Shown piece by piece: positions 1 through 9,153 of a stretch of 64,000 bases of DNA. The number at the start of each line of letters is the position of its first letter. Within the stretch, counting starts at the first letter, position 1. The notes under the pieces were generated by a model, which had not been told where the DNA came from, did not search any database, and worked only from the letters and a program-made list of their open reading frames with translations. The DNA lies in NCBI GenBank assembly GCA_963742075.1, contig CAVUKR010000003.1, positions 4,248 through 68,247 on the forward strand. Reading direction: 5' to 3'. Source of the DNA: an uncultured Chloroflexia bacterium. GTDB taxonomy: Bacteria; Chloroflexota; Limnocylindria; Limnocylindrales; CSP1-4. The translations under genes and the position numbers were made by a program.

Positions 1-196
1 TCACCACGTGGATGGTCACGAAGACGATCGACAGGAGCGCCATCGAGCGGTGGAACTCGACGGTCAGGAACCGGGGCCAGCCCGGCGCCTGCCAGCGCGC
101 CACCGTCGCGAAGCCAAGGCAGACGACCAGCGTCGAGAGCAGCAGCGAGACGATCCCCGCGCCGCGCGTGCTGAACCACAGGATCTGGTCGAACAT
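1..196 (-). CDS. ferric reductase-like transmembrane protein, N-terminal part (gene runs off the left edge)
   Basis: Truncated by the window, so absent from the ORF track. Reverse translation from the ATG (complement of 194-196) reads MFDQILWFSTRGAGIVSLLLSTLVVCLGFATVARWQAPGWPRFLTVEFHRSMALLSIVFVTIHVV (TM helices with His). ATGA start/stop overlap with the ApbE gene. Confidence 0.55.
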   Translation of the reverse strand, partial: MFDQILWFSTRGAGIVSLLLSTLVVCLGFATVARWQAPGWPRFLTVEFHRSMALLSIVFVTIHVV

Positions 197-1134
197 CAGG
201 CGCGCCCCGCCATGGCGACGATCGGGTCGGGCCAGCCGCCGGCGCGGACGACCCGTCCCTCGGTATCGACGAGCCGGGCGGCCAGGCCGCGGACGGCGAG
301 CCGGGCGAGCGCGCGTGTGCCCAGGACGATCGCCTCGGTCGCCGCGGCATTGGCCGCGACGCACGTGTCGGCGACGACCGTGACGGTCCGCCACGGTCCG
401 TCGACCGGTGCGCCGGTCGCGGGATCGACCAGGTGGTGACGAGTGGTCCCGTCCGCGGCGCGCCATCGGCGCACAGTCGTGCTCGAGGTGGCGAGGGCGC
501 CCGACGCGATCGCGACGACCTCGCCGGCGGCATCGACGGGCGTCTCGCTGTCCTCGCTGGCCAGGATCCGCCACCCACCGTCCGGGGCGCGACCCGAGGT
601 CGCGATGTCGCCGCCGAGGCTGACGAGGACACCGCCATCGGGCGCGGCGGCTCGTGCGGCCGTGGCGGCCAGGTCGGCGGCCAGCGCCTTGCCGCTCGAA
701 CCGAGATCGAGCTCGACGGCGGCCGGGATCCGGATCGTCCGCGTCGCGGCGTCGAGGCCGACGACCTGCCAGCCGGGCACCGCTCCGAGCTCGACGTGGA
801 TCGCCGCGTCGCGTTCGCTGACACGGCCGAAGTCGTCGTCATAGCCGATGATCCGCATCGCCCGCCCGATGGTCGGATCGACCGCCCCGTCGGTCTCGCG
901 GGCGATGTCGATGGCCGTCGTGACGGCCTGCCACAGCAGCGGACTGACCCGAGCGGTCCGGCCGGCCGAGGCCTGGAGGCGCATCAGCTCGCTGTCGGGC
1001 CGGAACCGGCTATAGGCTTGGTCGACGTCGTCAAGCAGCCGCTCCACCGCCGTTCGTGCCGCGGCGAGATCGCCGTCGAGGACGAGGAGGTGGGCGTTCG
1101 TGCCGAGGGCGCGCCAGTCGGCCTGCTCGAGCAC
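196..1134 (-). CDS. apbE: FAD:protein FMN transferase (ApbE family)
   Basis: 312-aa ORF. ApbE-like blocks AYSRFRPDSEL, DPTIG, LDLGSSGKALAADL, VSLGGDI and ALATSSTTVRRW. Confidence 0.85.
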   Translation of the reverse strand: MLEQADWRALGTNAHLLVLDGDLAAARTAVERLLDDVDQAYSRFRPDSELMRLQASAGRTARVSPLLWQAVTTAIDIARETDGAVDPTIGRAMRIIGYDDDFGRVSERDAAIHVELGAVPGWQVVGLDAATRTIRIPAAVELDLGSSGKALAADLAATAARAAAPDGGVLVSLGGDIATSGRAPDGGWRILASEDSETPVDAAGEVVAIASGALATSSTTVRRWRAADGTTRHHLVDPATGAPVDGPWRTVTVVADTCVAANAAATEAIVLGTRALARLAVRGLAARLVDTEGRVVRAGGWPDPIVAMAGRA

Positions 1135-1136
1135 GC

Positions 1137-1484
1137 CTAGGACGAGCCCGTCGACACGTGCGCCCGCCCGGTCGACCGTGATGTGCCGCTCGACGAGCCA
1201 CCGCCGAGGAATGTGCCGCCGCCCGTCGTGGTCCGTGGCGGAGTCGTCGTCGAGCCGCCGGTGGTCGACGGGTTGGTGCCCGTCAGGGTTCGTGGGGTGC
1301 CGATCGTGTTCTGGGCCGGGTCGGCGGTGGGTGGGGTCGCGACTCCGGCGTACGTCACGGCCGCCAGCCAGCCGAAGCCGATCGTCGCGGCCAGGCCGGC
1401 CACCGCGGTGGCGAGGGTCAGGTCCGACAAGCGCTGGTCGGCGATCGCTCGATGGTCGGTCCGGGCACGCAGGGATGTCGTCAT
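1137..1484 (-). CDS. small membrane-anchored Thr/Gly/Ser-rich protein
   Basis: Internal ATG of ORF 1137-1679 (MTTSLRARTD...). One TM helix (LTLATAVAGLAATIGFGWLAAVTY) followed by a T/G/S/P-rich tail. Ends 3 nt before the apbE start. Confidence 0.5.
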   Translation of the reverse strand: MTTSLRARTDHRAIADQRLSDLTLATAVAGLAATIGFGWLAAVTYAGVATPPTADPAQNTIGTPRTLTGTNPSTTGGSTTTPPRTTTGGGTFLGGGSSSGTSRSTGRAHVSTGSS

Positions 1485-1517
1485 GCCGCCACGGTACTCG
1501 TCGAGTATTAGAACAAG

Positions 1518-1742
1518 ATGAGAGTCCGGACGACCATCGCGACAGCGGCCCGCCCGATTGGTCAGTGCCGCAAGGCGATCATGAGCCTCGTCATCGAGGG
1601 AGCAACCGCGCTGGGAATGATTCGCGACGGGGACTTTGCAGGCGTCCTTGCTGTACGTCGAGGCGTCGAGCTCGCGCACCAGCAGCTCATCGTCATCGCG
1701 CCGACGGCGGTCCTGCGGCGGCTGACGACGCGACCGACCTGA
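1518..1742 (+). CDS. hypothetical small protein (74 aa)
   Basis: ORF track entry. GC3 counted by eye is about 78%, higher than the competing antisense extension. No recognisable family. Confidence 0.3.
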   Translation: MRVRTTIATAARPIGQCRKAIMSLVIEGATALGMIRDGDFAGVLAVRRGVELAHQQLIVIAPTAVLRRLTTRPT

Positions 1743-1765
1743 TCAGCCCGACCGGGTCGGGGCGG

Positions 1766-4700
1766 TCATGACGCTGCTGGCGTGTTCATCGCGCCTCGCA
1801 GGACGATACTCTCGGCTGGCCGGACCGGAGCGACCGGATCCGAGGTCGACGCCATCGCTTTATCGAGGCGCTCGATGAACGGCGCGGCGCCCAGGCGGAC
1901 CAGGATCTCGCGGGCGGACTCGGCTGCGGCGCGGACATCCGGATCCGCCGGGTCGAGGAGGAGCGCCATGTCCAGGCCGCACAGTGCCTCATCCCAGGCC
2001 AGCCCCAGTTCACGCCAGGCGCGCAGCGCGTCGCGGTAGCGGACGAGGGCCTCGCCCGACCGTCCCTCGAGGGCCGCGATGCCGGCGCGCGTTGTCGCCC
2101 GATCTGCCTCGATCGCCAGCCCGTGGATCCCCGCGGCATCCAGGGCGGCGACGTCCGACGCCGCTCCGGCGGGGTCACCGAGCCAGAGCGCGGCGCGGGC
2201 GCTGCGAGCGTGCGCTTCGGCCAGGTTCCCCATCGAGACTTCGGCGAGATCGTGCCAGGCCGCGCGGGCCTCGGCCAGACGACCGGCAGCGAAGAACACC
2301 ATCGCTCTCGCCGAATGGTTGATTCCCTGGATGCCGGGTTCGAGGCTCGAGCCGACGAGTTCGATGAGCTCCTCGAGAGGGCCGGCGGTCGACCCGCCGC
2401 GACAGGCGTCGATGCTGATGGCCGTCGCGAGCAACGTGATCCGATCGGACGCCTCGAGCCGATCGGCAAGGGCGGGCTCGAGCTCCGTGAGGGCCCAGGA
2501 CCACTCACCCACCCGGAGCGCGCCATCGACGCTATTGCCAAGAAGAATCGTGGCCGGACTGGTTGCGCCGAGTCGCCGCGCGAGCGCCAGGCCGGTTCGG
2601 GCGTAGTTGAGCGCCGCGCTCGGGTCACGATTCGCCTCGTGAAAAGAGAGGTTGATATGCGCTCGCATCAGGGTGGCGCTCAGGTCGTGGGCTTCGGCGA
2701 GAGATGCGCCAGCCCCCAGCACACCGAGGCCCTCCGTCGACCGGCCGAGGATCCCGAGTGCGGTTCCCTTCGTGATGAGCGTGTCGGCCACGATCGCCAC
2801 AAGGTCCGCGTGCTCCGCGGCCTCCAGGACCCGATCGGCGACCCCGATCGCACGACGGTTGTCATCGGCCAGGAAGTAGGCGCGAGCGAGCTGGCCCTCG
2901 AGCCCGATGACCGCGGGATCGTCAGCCAGATCGGCGAACGACTCGACGGCCGGCACGAGGATCGCGATCGCATCGGCCGTCCGGTAGGACGTCGAGAGCG
3001 ACCGACCGAGGGCGGCCGTCGCCCGTGCGGTCCCTGGCCGATCCCCCAGTCCGGTTCGCGCCTCGATGGCGGCACGAAGGTATCGCTCGGCGGCTTCATG
3101 GTGGCCGCCGGCCGTCGCGGCGTCACCTGCGAGCTCGAGGAGATCCGCCTGATCCGCCGGCGACGAGGTCACGGCCAGGGCCTGCTCGATGAGCCCGAGT
3201 GCCTGCTCGTTGGAGCCGAGCGCCACGGCCCGCTCAGCAGCAGCGCGCAGGGCGAGCCGGGCCTGGGCACCGAGGGCGTCCGCCTCCGCTCCATCGGCAG
3301 CGTTGTCGCGGGCCGCGAGATAGTGCCCGGCGAGGGCGGCGGCGATCTCGTCGGTCTCGAGCGATTCGAAGAAACGCGCCGCCGCGAGGTGCCGAACCTT
3401 GCGGTCGCGCTTGGCCAGCGTGTTGTATGCGACCTCGCGGATGAGCGTCTGGACGAAGGCGTATTGCCCGCGTTCGGGGCTGCGGGGGTCGGTCTCGTGT
3501 GCGAACAGCTCGCGTCGGACAAGGGCCCGTAGGCGTGGTTCGAGGATGGACACCTCGATCCCGGACACCACCGAGAGCCCGGCCGGCGTGAAGCTCTGGC
3601 CGAGCACCGCGGCGTCCATCACGAGACTGCGGTCGGCCGGATCCAGTCCGTCAAGCCGCGCGGCGATCAGCGCGGTCAGGGTCTCGGGGATGGCAAGGGT
3701 TGCGAGGTCCCCGGTCGGCGCATACGTGCCGTTGCCGGCCTCGGTGAGCCGTCCCTCTGCCACGAGCATGCGGACCGTTTCGACCGCGTAGAGAGGGATG
3801 CCTTCCGCCCGTGCAACGACCACCCTCACGGCGGCCTCCGGGAGACCGGGCACGAGCCCTGCCAGGAGCGCTCGCATCGCGGGCTCCGGGAGCGGCTCGA
3901 GATAAAGGCTCGTGAAATTGCGTCGGCCGGCGCCCCAGTCGGAGCGCCGATCGATCAGTTCGGGCCGAGCCAGGGTCACGATGTAGAGCGGGATCGCCCG
4001 GCTCCACTCGAGCAGGTGGTCGATGAAGTCGAGCGTGCCGCTGTCCGCCCAATGCAGGTCCTCGAAGACGAGGATCACCGGGCTGATCGCGGCGAGCCGC
4101 TCGAAGAAGGTCCGCCAGGCGCCGAACAGCTGCTCGGAGTCGATCCCGGTCTCGACCCCCAGGAGCGCGAGGAGGGCAAGCTCGACCCAGCGACGCTCAG
4201 CGGTCTCGAAGGTCAGCCCGTCGAGGAGCTCGCTCACCTTCGCCCGCGTGACCTGCTCGTCGTCGGTCTCCGCCAGCCCGGCCCTGCCGCGGACCATCTC
4301 GCTCAACGCCCAGAAGGTGATTCCCTCGCCGTAAGCCGGTGATCGGCCGCGGTGCCACCACACGATCCCGACGATCCCGTCGAGGTATTTCTCGAACTCC
4401 CAGGTGAGGCGGCTCTTGCCGATCCCGCCGATACCCGTGATCGACACCAGCCGGGTGCGCCCTTCCCGGACGGTCGCGTGGTAGAGGTCCTTGACCAGTC
4501 GAAGCTCGTCGTCGCGTCCGACGAACGGGGCCTCGAGCGTGTCCGACCGGCCGCGGCCACCACGTTCGGCGACGACACGTAGGGCACGGAACGCCGGGAC
4601 AGGGGCGACCTTGCCCTTGAGAAGCTGCTCGCCGGCCGGCTCGAACGCGATGGCCGACGATGCGGCGCGGTGTGTCGCCTCGCCGACGAGGACCGTGCCC

Positions 4701-5383
4701 GCTGGTGCGACCGACTGCAGCCGGGCGGCGGTGTTGACGATGTCGCCCGCGACCAGCCCCTGGTTGGTGGCACCGATGGTCACGGCCGCCTCGCCGGTCA
4801 GCACGCCTGCCCGCGCGCTGATGCCCGGCCCGACAGTCCCGACGGCGTCGACGAGCTCGAGGGCGGCGCGCACGGCACGTTCGGCGTCGTCTTCGCGGAC
4901 GGTCGGCGTCCCCCAAACCGCCATGACGGCATCGCCGATGAACTTCTCGACCGTTCCGCCATAGCGCCCGATGACCTCGGTCGCGAGCTCGAAGTAGCGG
5001 GTCAGGGTCTCGCGGACCTCCTCGCTATCGCGCACCTCGGAGAACGTCGTGAAGCCGACGAGGTCGGCGAAGAGGATCGACACGAGTCGGCGCTCCGCAA
5101 CGGCGGTCTCACCGGATATCTGGCTGGCGGACTGGGAGCTCGCGCCACCGACCGACACGATCCCGGCCCCGGTGCCGAGTGCAGTCCCGCAATCGCCACA
5201 GAACCGCTTGCCGGGCGGATTGTTGGCGCCACATGACGGACAGCCTGACGAAAGCGGCGCTCCACAGTCGCCGCAGAAACGCTTGTCCGCCGGATTCTCG
5301 GTGCCACAGCTGGCGCAGACCACACGCGCTCCCAGGTGAAGTCGGGTCGGGCGTTTTGGAGCGTACAGCATGCGGAACTGCAA
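1766..5383 (-). CDS. double zinc-ribbon / class III adenylate-guanylate cyclase / AAA(STAND) ATPase / TPR multidomain signalling protein
   Basis: 1205-aa ORF. N-terminal CASCG...CGDCG...CPSCG...CGDCG ribbons. Cyclase core SILFADLVGFT...FIGDAVMAVWG...GDIVNTAARL. P-loop GIGGIGKS. Long helical-repeat C-terminus. Confidence 0.85.
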   Translation of the reverse strand: MQFRMLYAPKRPTRLHLGARVVCASCGTENPADKRFCGDCGAPLSSGCPSCGANNPPGKRFCGDCGTALGTGAGIVSVGGASSQSASQISGETAVAERRLVSILFADLVGFTTFSEVRDSEEVRETLTRYFELATEVIGRYGGTVEKFIGDAVMAVWGTPTVREDDAERAVRAALELVDAVGTVGPGISARAGVLTGEAAVTIGATNQGLVAGDIVNTAARLQSVAPAGTVLVGEATHRAASSAIAFEPAGEQLLKGKVAPVPAFRALRVVAERGGRGRSDTLEAPFVGRDDELRLVKDLYHATVREGRTRLVSITGIGGIGKSRLTWEFEKYLDGIVGIVWWHRGRSPAYGEGITFWALSEMVRGRAGLAETDDEQVTRAKVSELLDGLTFETAERRWVELALLALLGVETGIDSEQLFGAWRTFFERLAAISPVILVFEDLHWADSGTLDFIDHLLEWSRAIPLYIVTLARPELIDRRSDWGAGRRNFTSLYLEPLPEPAMRALLAGLVPGLPEAAVRVVVARAEGIPLYAVETVRMLVAEGRLTEAGNGTYAPTGDLATLAIPETLTALIAARLDGLDPADRSLVMDAAVLGQSFTPAGLSVVSGIEVSILEPRLRALVRRELFAHETDPRSPERGQYAFVQTLIREVAYNTLAKRDRKVRHLAAARFFESLETDEIAAALAGHYLAARDNAADGAEADALGAQARLALRAAAERAVALGSNEQALGLIEQALAVTSSPADQADLLELAGDAATAGGHHEAAERYLRAAIEARTGLGDRPGTARATAALGRSLSTSYRTADAIAILVPAVESFADLADDPAVIGLEGQLARAYFLADDNRRAIGVADRVLEAAEHADLVAIVADTLITKGTALGILGRSTEGLGVLGAGASLAEAHDLSATLMRAHINLSFHEANRDPSAALNYARTGLALARRLGATSPATILLGNSVDGALRVGEWSWALTELEPALADRLEASDRITLLATAISIDACRGGSTAGPLEELIELVGSSLEPGIQGINHSARAMVFFAAGRLAEARAAWHDLAEVSMGNLAEAHARSARAALWLGDPAGAASDVAALDAAGIHGLAIEADRATTRAGIAALEGRSGEALVRYRDALRAWRELGLAWDEALCGLDMALLLDPADPDVRAAAESAREILVRLGAAPFIERLDKAMASTSDPVAPVRPAESIVLRGAMNTPAAS

Positions 5384-5831
5384 TGAGCGCCGATGCTCGC
5401 GTCCCCCGCGCGACGAAGTCCGCCGGCCAGGCGCGGGCGACGCCGAGGTCGACGTTGGTCAAGGTCAGCTCGCGCTCGTCGGCGCCAGCGAAGGCACGGT
5501 AGGCGTCGAGCCCCTCGATGCTCGCTCGACGACTCGGAGTCGGCGCAACGACATTTCGTCCTCCTGAGAGCCACCCTCACAGTGACTAACTCGATCGTCA
5601 ACGTGGACAGCGACTGCGTCGCGAGACTCGGCTCGGCTTCCGGCCTGGGCGGTCCTATTGGGCGGGCTCGTATATGTGGTCGCCGATGGAGCAGATCGAA
5701 GATCCGCCGCCGACCGTGATCACGTCCCCATCCATCGCCACGACTGCCTGCTGGAGCGTGGACTGGCGGCGCGGAACGGCGCCGCACCTTCGCAAACGCT
5801 GGGCCGCAGTGCGGCGTGTACGCGCGTGTGG

Positions 5832-6944
5832 CTACGGAACCGCCGCATTGGCCAGCCGGGCCGGTCGGCCAGTGAACGCACCGTAGGCTTCCACAGCCTT
5901 CGCAAGACCCTCGCGAACAGTGCTGGGCAAATGGGCGAATGGGGCCGCCTCGATGACGATCTCGCGTGCGCGGAGGGTCCGTTTCCAGGTGCCAACGACC
6001 TCGCCATCGACCACGATCGTGGGCTTGAACATCCCGTTGCCGCCCGGGACGATCGCCTCACTGTGCTCCCGTGCCAGGGCGGCTGTTCGATCCCCGTAGC
6101 CGAGCAGGTACTCGTCAAAGCCAGGTAGGAGGTGTACGCGAGCGGTTGGTGCGGCCACGTCAAGGGTCTCCGGTGCGAGGTGGTACGTCACGCCATCGAG
6201 CTCGAGGGTCGTGAGCGTCACTCCGCAGATCGCGATGCCCCGTCGTACCTCCCCCACGGTCACACCCGACCACCGGGCGAGGTCGGCGGCGGTGGCCGGT
6301 CCGTGACTTCGGAAGTACCGCAGGGCGAGTTCGCCCAGCGCCTCGTCACCATCGAGCCGCCGCGGCTGCGGCACCCAATCGTCGAGCAGCGCGAACGTCT
6401 GCTTGCTGCCAGCGGTGGCTCCAAGGACGAGCGTGCCGGTCTGAGCGAGGTACCACAGGAGGTGATAGCCGCGCTGGCCGAGCGTGCTGACGCCCGCCGC
6501 ATCGAAGGTGGCGAGAAGCGCGTCTCGCGTCAGGACCCGACTGCCGGCCAAGGCTGACCGGGCGATCTCGCGAGCCTTCTCAACGTCGTCTTCGGTGATC
6601 CCGAGGGAGGCCCGGCGTCCGGCGGCCGATGCGGTCGCCCGGGGTGCCGTGAGCGCCAGCAACCACCCGAGGTCCTCGCTCGCCACGAGATGGAGGGTGC
6701 CCCGCAGGGGCCAGGAGCGCACGACCTCACCGGCGTCACAGGCCGTCTCGACCGCAACCTCGGTCGCGCCGGTCTGGCGGATGCCGACCGACCACTTGAC
6801 GCCAGGGAAGTCCTGGGCCTGCAGGGCCAGCATATGGCGGACGACCTCTAGCGGCCTCGAGAGCTCTTCACCGCCGATGTGCTGGGCGACCATCCGGAGT
6901 GCCGTGAGACGCTGGCGACTCGGGGTAAAGGCGGGTCCGGGCAT
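5832..6944 (-). CDS. winged-helix DNA-binding protein, YcaQ/AlkZ-like (crosslink-repair glycosylase family)
   Basis: 370-aa ORF. Family-like blocks LALQAQDF, SWPLRGTLHLV, LLPGFDEYLLGY and GMFKPTIVVDGEVVGTWK. Confidence 0.75.
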   Translation of the reverse strand: MPGPAFTPSRQRLTALRMVAQHIGGEELSRPLEVVRHMLALQAQDFPGVKWSVGIRQTGATEVAVETACDAGEVVRSWPLRGTLHLVASEDLGWLLALTAPRATASAAGRRASLGITEDDVEKAREIARSALAGSRVLTRDALLATFDAAGVSTLGQRGYHLLWYLAQTGTLVLGATAGSKQTFALLDDWVPQPRRLDGDEALGELALRYFRSHGPATAADLARWSGVTVGEVRRGIAICGVTLTTLELDGVTYHLAPETLDVAAPTARVHLLPGFDEYLLGYGDRTAALAREHSEAIVPGGNGMFKPTIVVDGEVVGTWKRTLRAREIVIEAAPFAHLPSTVREGLAKAVEAYGAFTGRPARLANAAVP

Positions 6945-7114
6945 ACGCGCAGTATCGGTCCGAGCCGAGGACCTGTTCCAACTCGGCGGCTCGACCCCGA
7001 CCCGGGCGCCTGTCGAAGTGCATCGGGACCCACTCCTGGCCCGACCGACGGGTCGAGGTGAGGGCGGTCGGGGAGCGGCTCGTCATCACGGGTGACGGTG
7101 GCGTCCGCGAGGCT

Positions 7115-7327
7115 TCACGGATCAACGACCAGGTCTTCGTCCTCGATCCGCACGATCCCGACGATCCGACGGTTACATGCGGGGGGCTTCGACGCCGACG
7201 GCCGGCCGCAGATCCTGTACCTCATGGTGTGGGGACAGCCGCGCACCGGCGAAGGCTGACGTCCGACGATCCCCTCCAAACTCAACGCCAGGTCATGCCG
7301 GGTGGGTGACGAGTAGAGCTGGGTCAC
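7115..7327 (-). CDS. hypothetical small protein (70 aa)
   Basis: ORF track entry with GC3 of about 83% by eye. Lies directly downstream of the XRE-TPR regulator on the same strand. No family recognised; an antisense + ORF (7058-7309) competes with it. Confidence 0.3.
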   Translation of the reverse strand: MTQLYSSPTRHDLALSLEGIVGRQPSPVRGCPHTMRYRICGRPSASKPPACNRRIVGIVRIEDEDLVVDP

Positions 7328-7517
7328 CTCGGGTGGGTGCCGGCGTCGCCACTGTATGTCGCCCCAGAGCGAGTCGCGGACGACGCCGGCCGGATCACGG
7401 CCTCAGGACGGCCTGCCATCGGCGTCGGTGTCAAGATTTCGTTGACTCTCGGTCCGATCACTTGGTGCCGGGGGCGGCGACCTCCGCGACGCCTGGCCTT
7501 CCCGACTTCCTGTTTGG

Positions 7518-8823
7518 CTATCGCCGTCCGGCGTCGAGTGCTCTGCGCGATAGTGCGTACGCTTGTGCGAGATCGCCGAGCTCCGCCATCACGTCGCTCC
7601 ACTCGCCGAGCACCATCTGTCGCTGGACGCGCCGCCCGTACTCCTCCGACAGGGATGCCGCGCGTTCGAGTGTCGTAGCGGCAGACTGAAGATCGCCGCT
7701 GGCCCGTTGGGCGTGTGCCATGAGTGACAGGGCGCTGATCGCGGCCTTCCTGTCGCCGCTCAACTCCGCCAGACGGAGCAATTCGGTCGCCAGCTCGATG
7801 GCGTCGTCAGTCGACCCTGCAGCGAGCGCGATCTGCCCTATCGGTGTCGGTCACGTGGGCGAGGAAGCGCGTGTCGTTCCGATGGCTGAAGAAGGTGTGC
7901 GCATCGGCGGCATATGTGCGTGCGACGTCGAGGCTACCGAGGGCCAGGTACACGAGCGCGAGCTCGTTCTGAACGGAAGCGGCCTCGAACCCTGCGTCCG
8001 CCGATCGGAACGTGGCCAGGCTGTGCATCCCGGTTGAGATCGCGGCTTCGTAATCGCCGACTTCGCGATAGCCGAGAGCCAGCGAGAACAGGAAGACCGC
8101 GTGTCTCCGGTCGTCGAGCTCGTCGATGCGTGAGCGCGCCTGCTCGAGATAGCCGAGTGCCCGCTCCGGCTCATCGTCCCGTGATGCCACCATCGCCAGG
8201 GCGATCAGGACACGGATCGGAAGGTCCGGCTCAACCACCAGACCCGCGGCGATGTCATCGAGGAGCCGCGTCAGAAGCCCGGCTGCCTGGTCGCCCTGCT
8301 CCATCTCGTAGAGGCCACAGGCCTGCCAGTACGTCGCGAGGGCAGCTTCAGGGTGCCGTCCCTGTGCGGTGAACAGCGCCGCTGATTCCGAGGCTGTTCG
8401 GACCGCATCGAGGCCGCGGTCCAGTCTCGACAGGCCCTCGGCGAGACCGAGCAGGAGCTCGGCGCGCACGTGGTCCGATGGTCCGGTCTCCAGGAGGTTG
8501 CTGAACGCATCGACAGCCTGCTCCCAGTCGCCGGCGGCCAGCCGGAGTTCCGCCTCCAGTCGCGTCCAGACATGTTCCCGGTCCGACAGGAGATGCTCGA
8601 TCGGGACCTGCAGCCGCTCGGAGAAGAAGGTGAGGGCCGCCATCGATGGCTTGACCAGGCCATTCTCGAGGGCGCTGACGTACGCCTTCGTGTAGCGCCC
8701 CTCGGCAAGCTGCGCCTGGGTCAATCTGGCCTGGGTCCGGGCACGCCGCAGCCTGGACCCGATCCGGAGAGCGAGCGGTCGATCTGCCTCAACGTGAGAT
8801 CGTCGTTTCGTCTGCACTGCCAT
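7518..8823 (-). CDS. XRE-family HTH + TPR transcriptional regulator (split by a frameshift as assembled)
   Basis: ORF 7807-8823 carries the HTH (LTQAQLAEGRYTKAYVSALENG) and TPR-like repeats. ORF 7518-7781 continues the repeats. The shifted frame across 7781-7846 reads IGQIALAAGSTDDAIELATELLRLAELSGDRK, joining the two. Confidence 0.75.
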
Positions 8824-9091
8824 GATCTGCCGGTTCCTCCAGTTGGGTTTCGACCGCCGCGAGGATAGCAGCGGCAGAAGAATTCAACCGCCGGGCAATG
8901 ATAAGCAAGCTCGGGAGCGAAGGAGTCAGACGGCCGCTCTCGACCGAGGACAGGAACGCGCGGCTCAGCGGTTTCCCTGCGCTCGTTTGAGAGAGTCCGA
9001 GCGCGACGCGTCGGCGCTTGATCTCTGCCCCCAGCACACGGGAGAACGCCGGGTCGCCGCCGGCCGCACGTTGTTTAGCAATAGTTGACAT
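8789..9091 (-). CDS. small XRE-family HTH protein (about 100 aa)
   Basis: Internal ATG of ORF 8789-9331: MSTIAKQRAAGG...LGAEIKRRRVALGLSQTSAGKPLSRAFLSSVESGRLTPSLPSLLIIARRL. Its 3' end overlaps the start of the XRE-TPR gene. Confidence 0.6.
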   Translation of the reverse strand: MSTIAKQRAAGGDPAFSRVLGAEIKRRRVALGLSQTSAGKPLSRAFLSSVESGRLTPSLPSLLIIARRLNSSAAAILAAVETQLEEPADHGSADETTISR

Positions 9092-9153
9092 CCGCACGGC
9101 CCAAGCATACGGTTTCGAAGGAGTCCGCGCCCTGGCCCTGAAAGGAGCCGGGA

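Noticed and set aside
1485-1679. An N-terminal extension of the small membrane protein (a 180-aa version starting at 1679).
   Set aside because: The extension has lower GC3 (about 66% by eye) than the competing + strand ORF and no hydrophobic or conserved features. The internal ATG at 1484 gives a sensible membrane anchor near the N-terminus.
5650-5834. The frame stays open after the YcaQ/AlkZ TAG stop and reads ...LQQAVVAMDGDVITVGGGSSICSIGDHIYEPAQ*. This could be stop-codon readthrough, or a small 26-aa peptide gene (MDGDVITVGGGSSICSIGDHIYEPAQ) resembling a RiPP precursor.
   Set aside because: There is no ribosome-binding site. The stretch is too short for codon statistics. No modification enzyme or known precursor motif lies nearby, and the glycosylase already has a normal length. 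Coincidence is likely in GC-rich DNA.
7058-7309. An 83-aa + strand ORF in the 6945-7517 gap.
   Set aside because: High GC3 holds only for its first third, after which the translation becomes Arg-rich. The overlapping minus-strand ORF 7115-7327 keeps a coding-like bias throughout, so only that one was listed, at low confidence.
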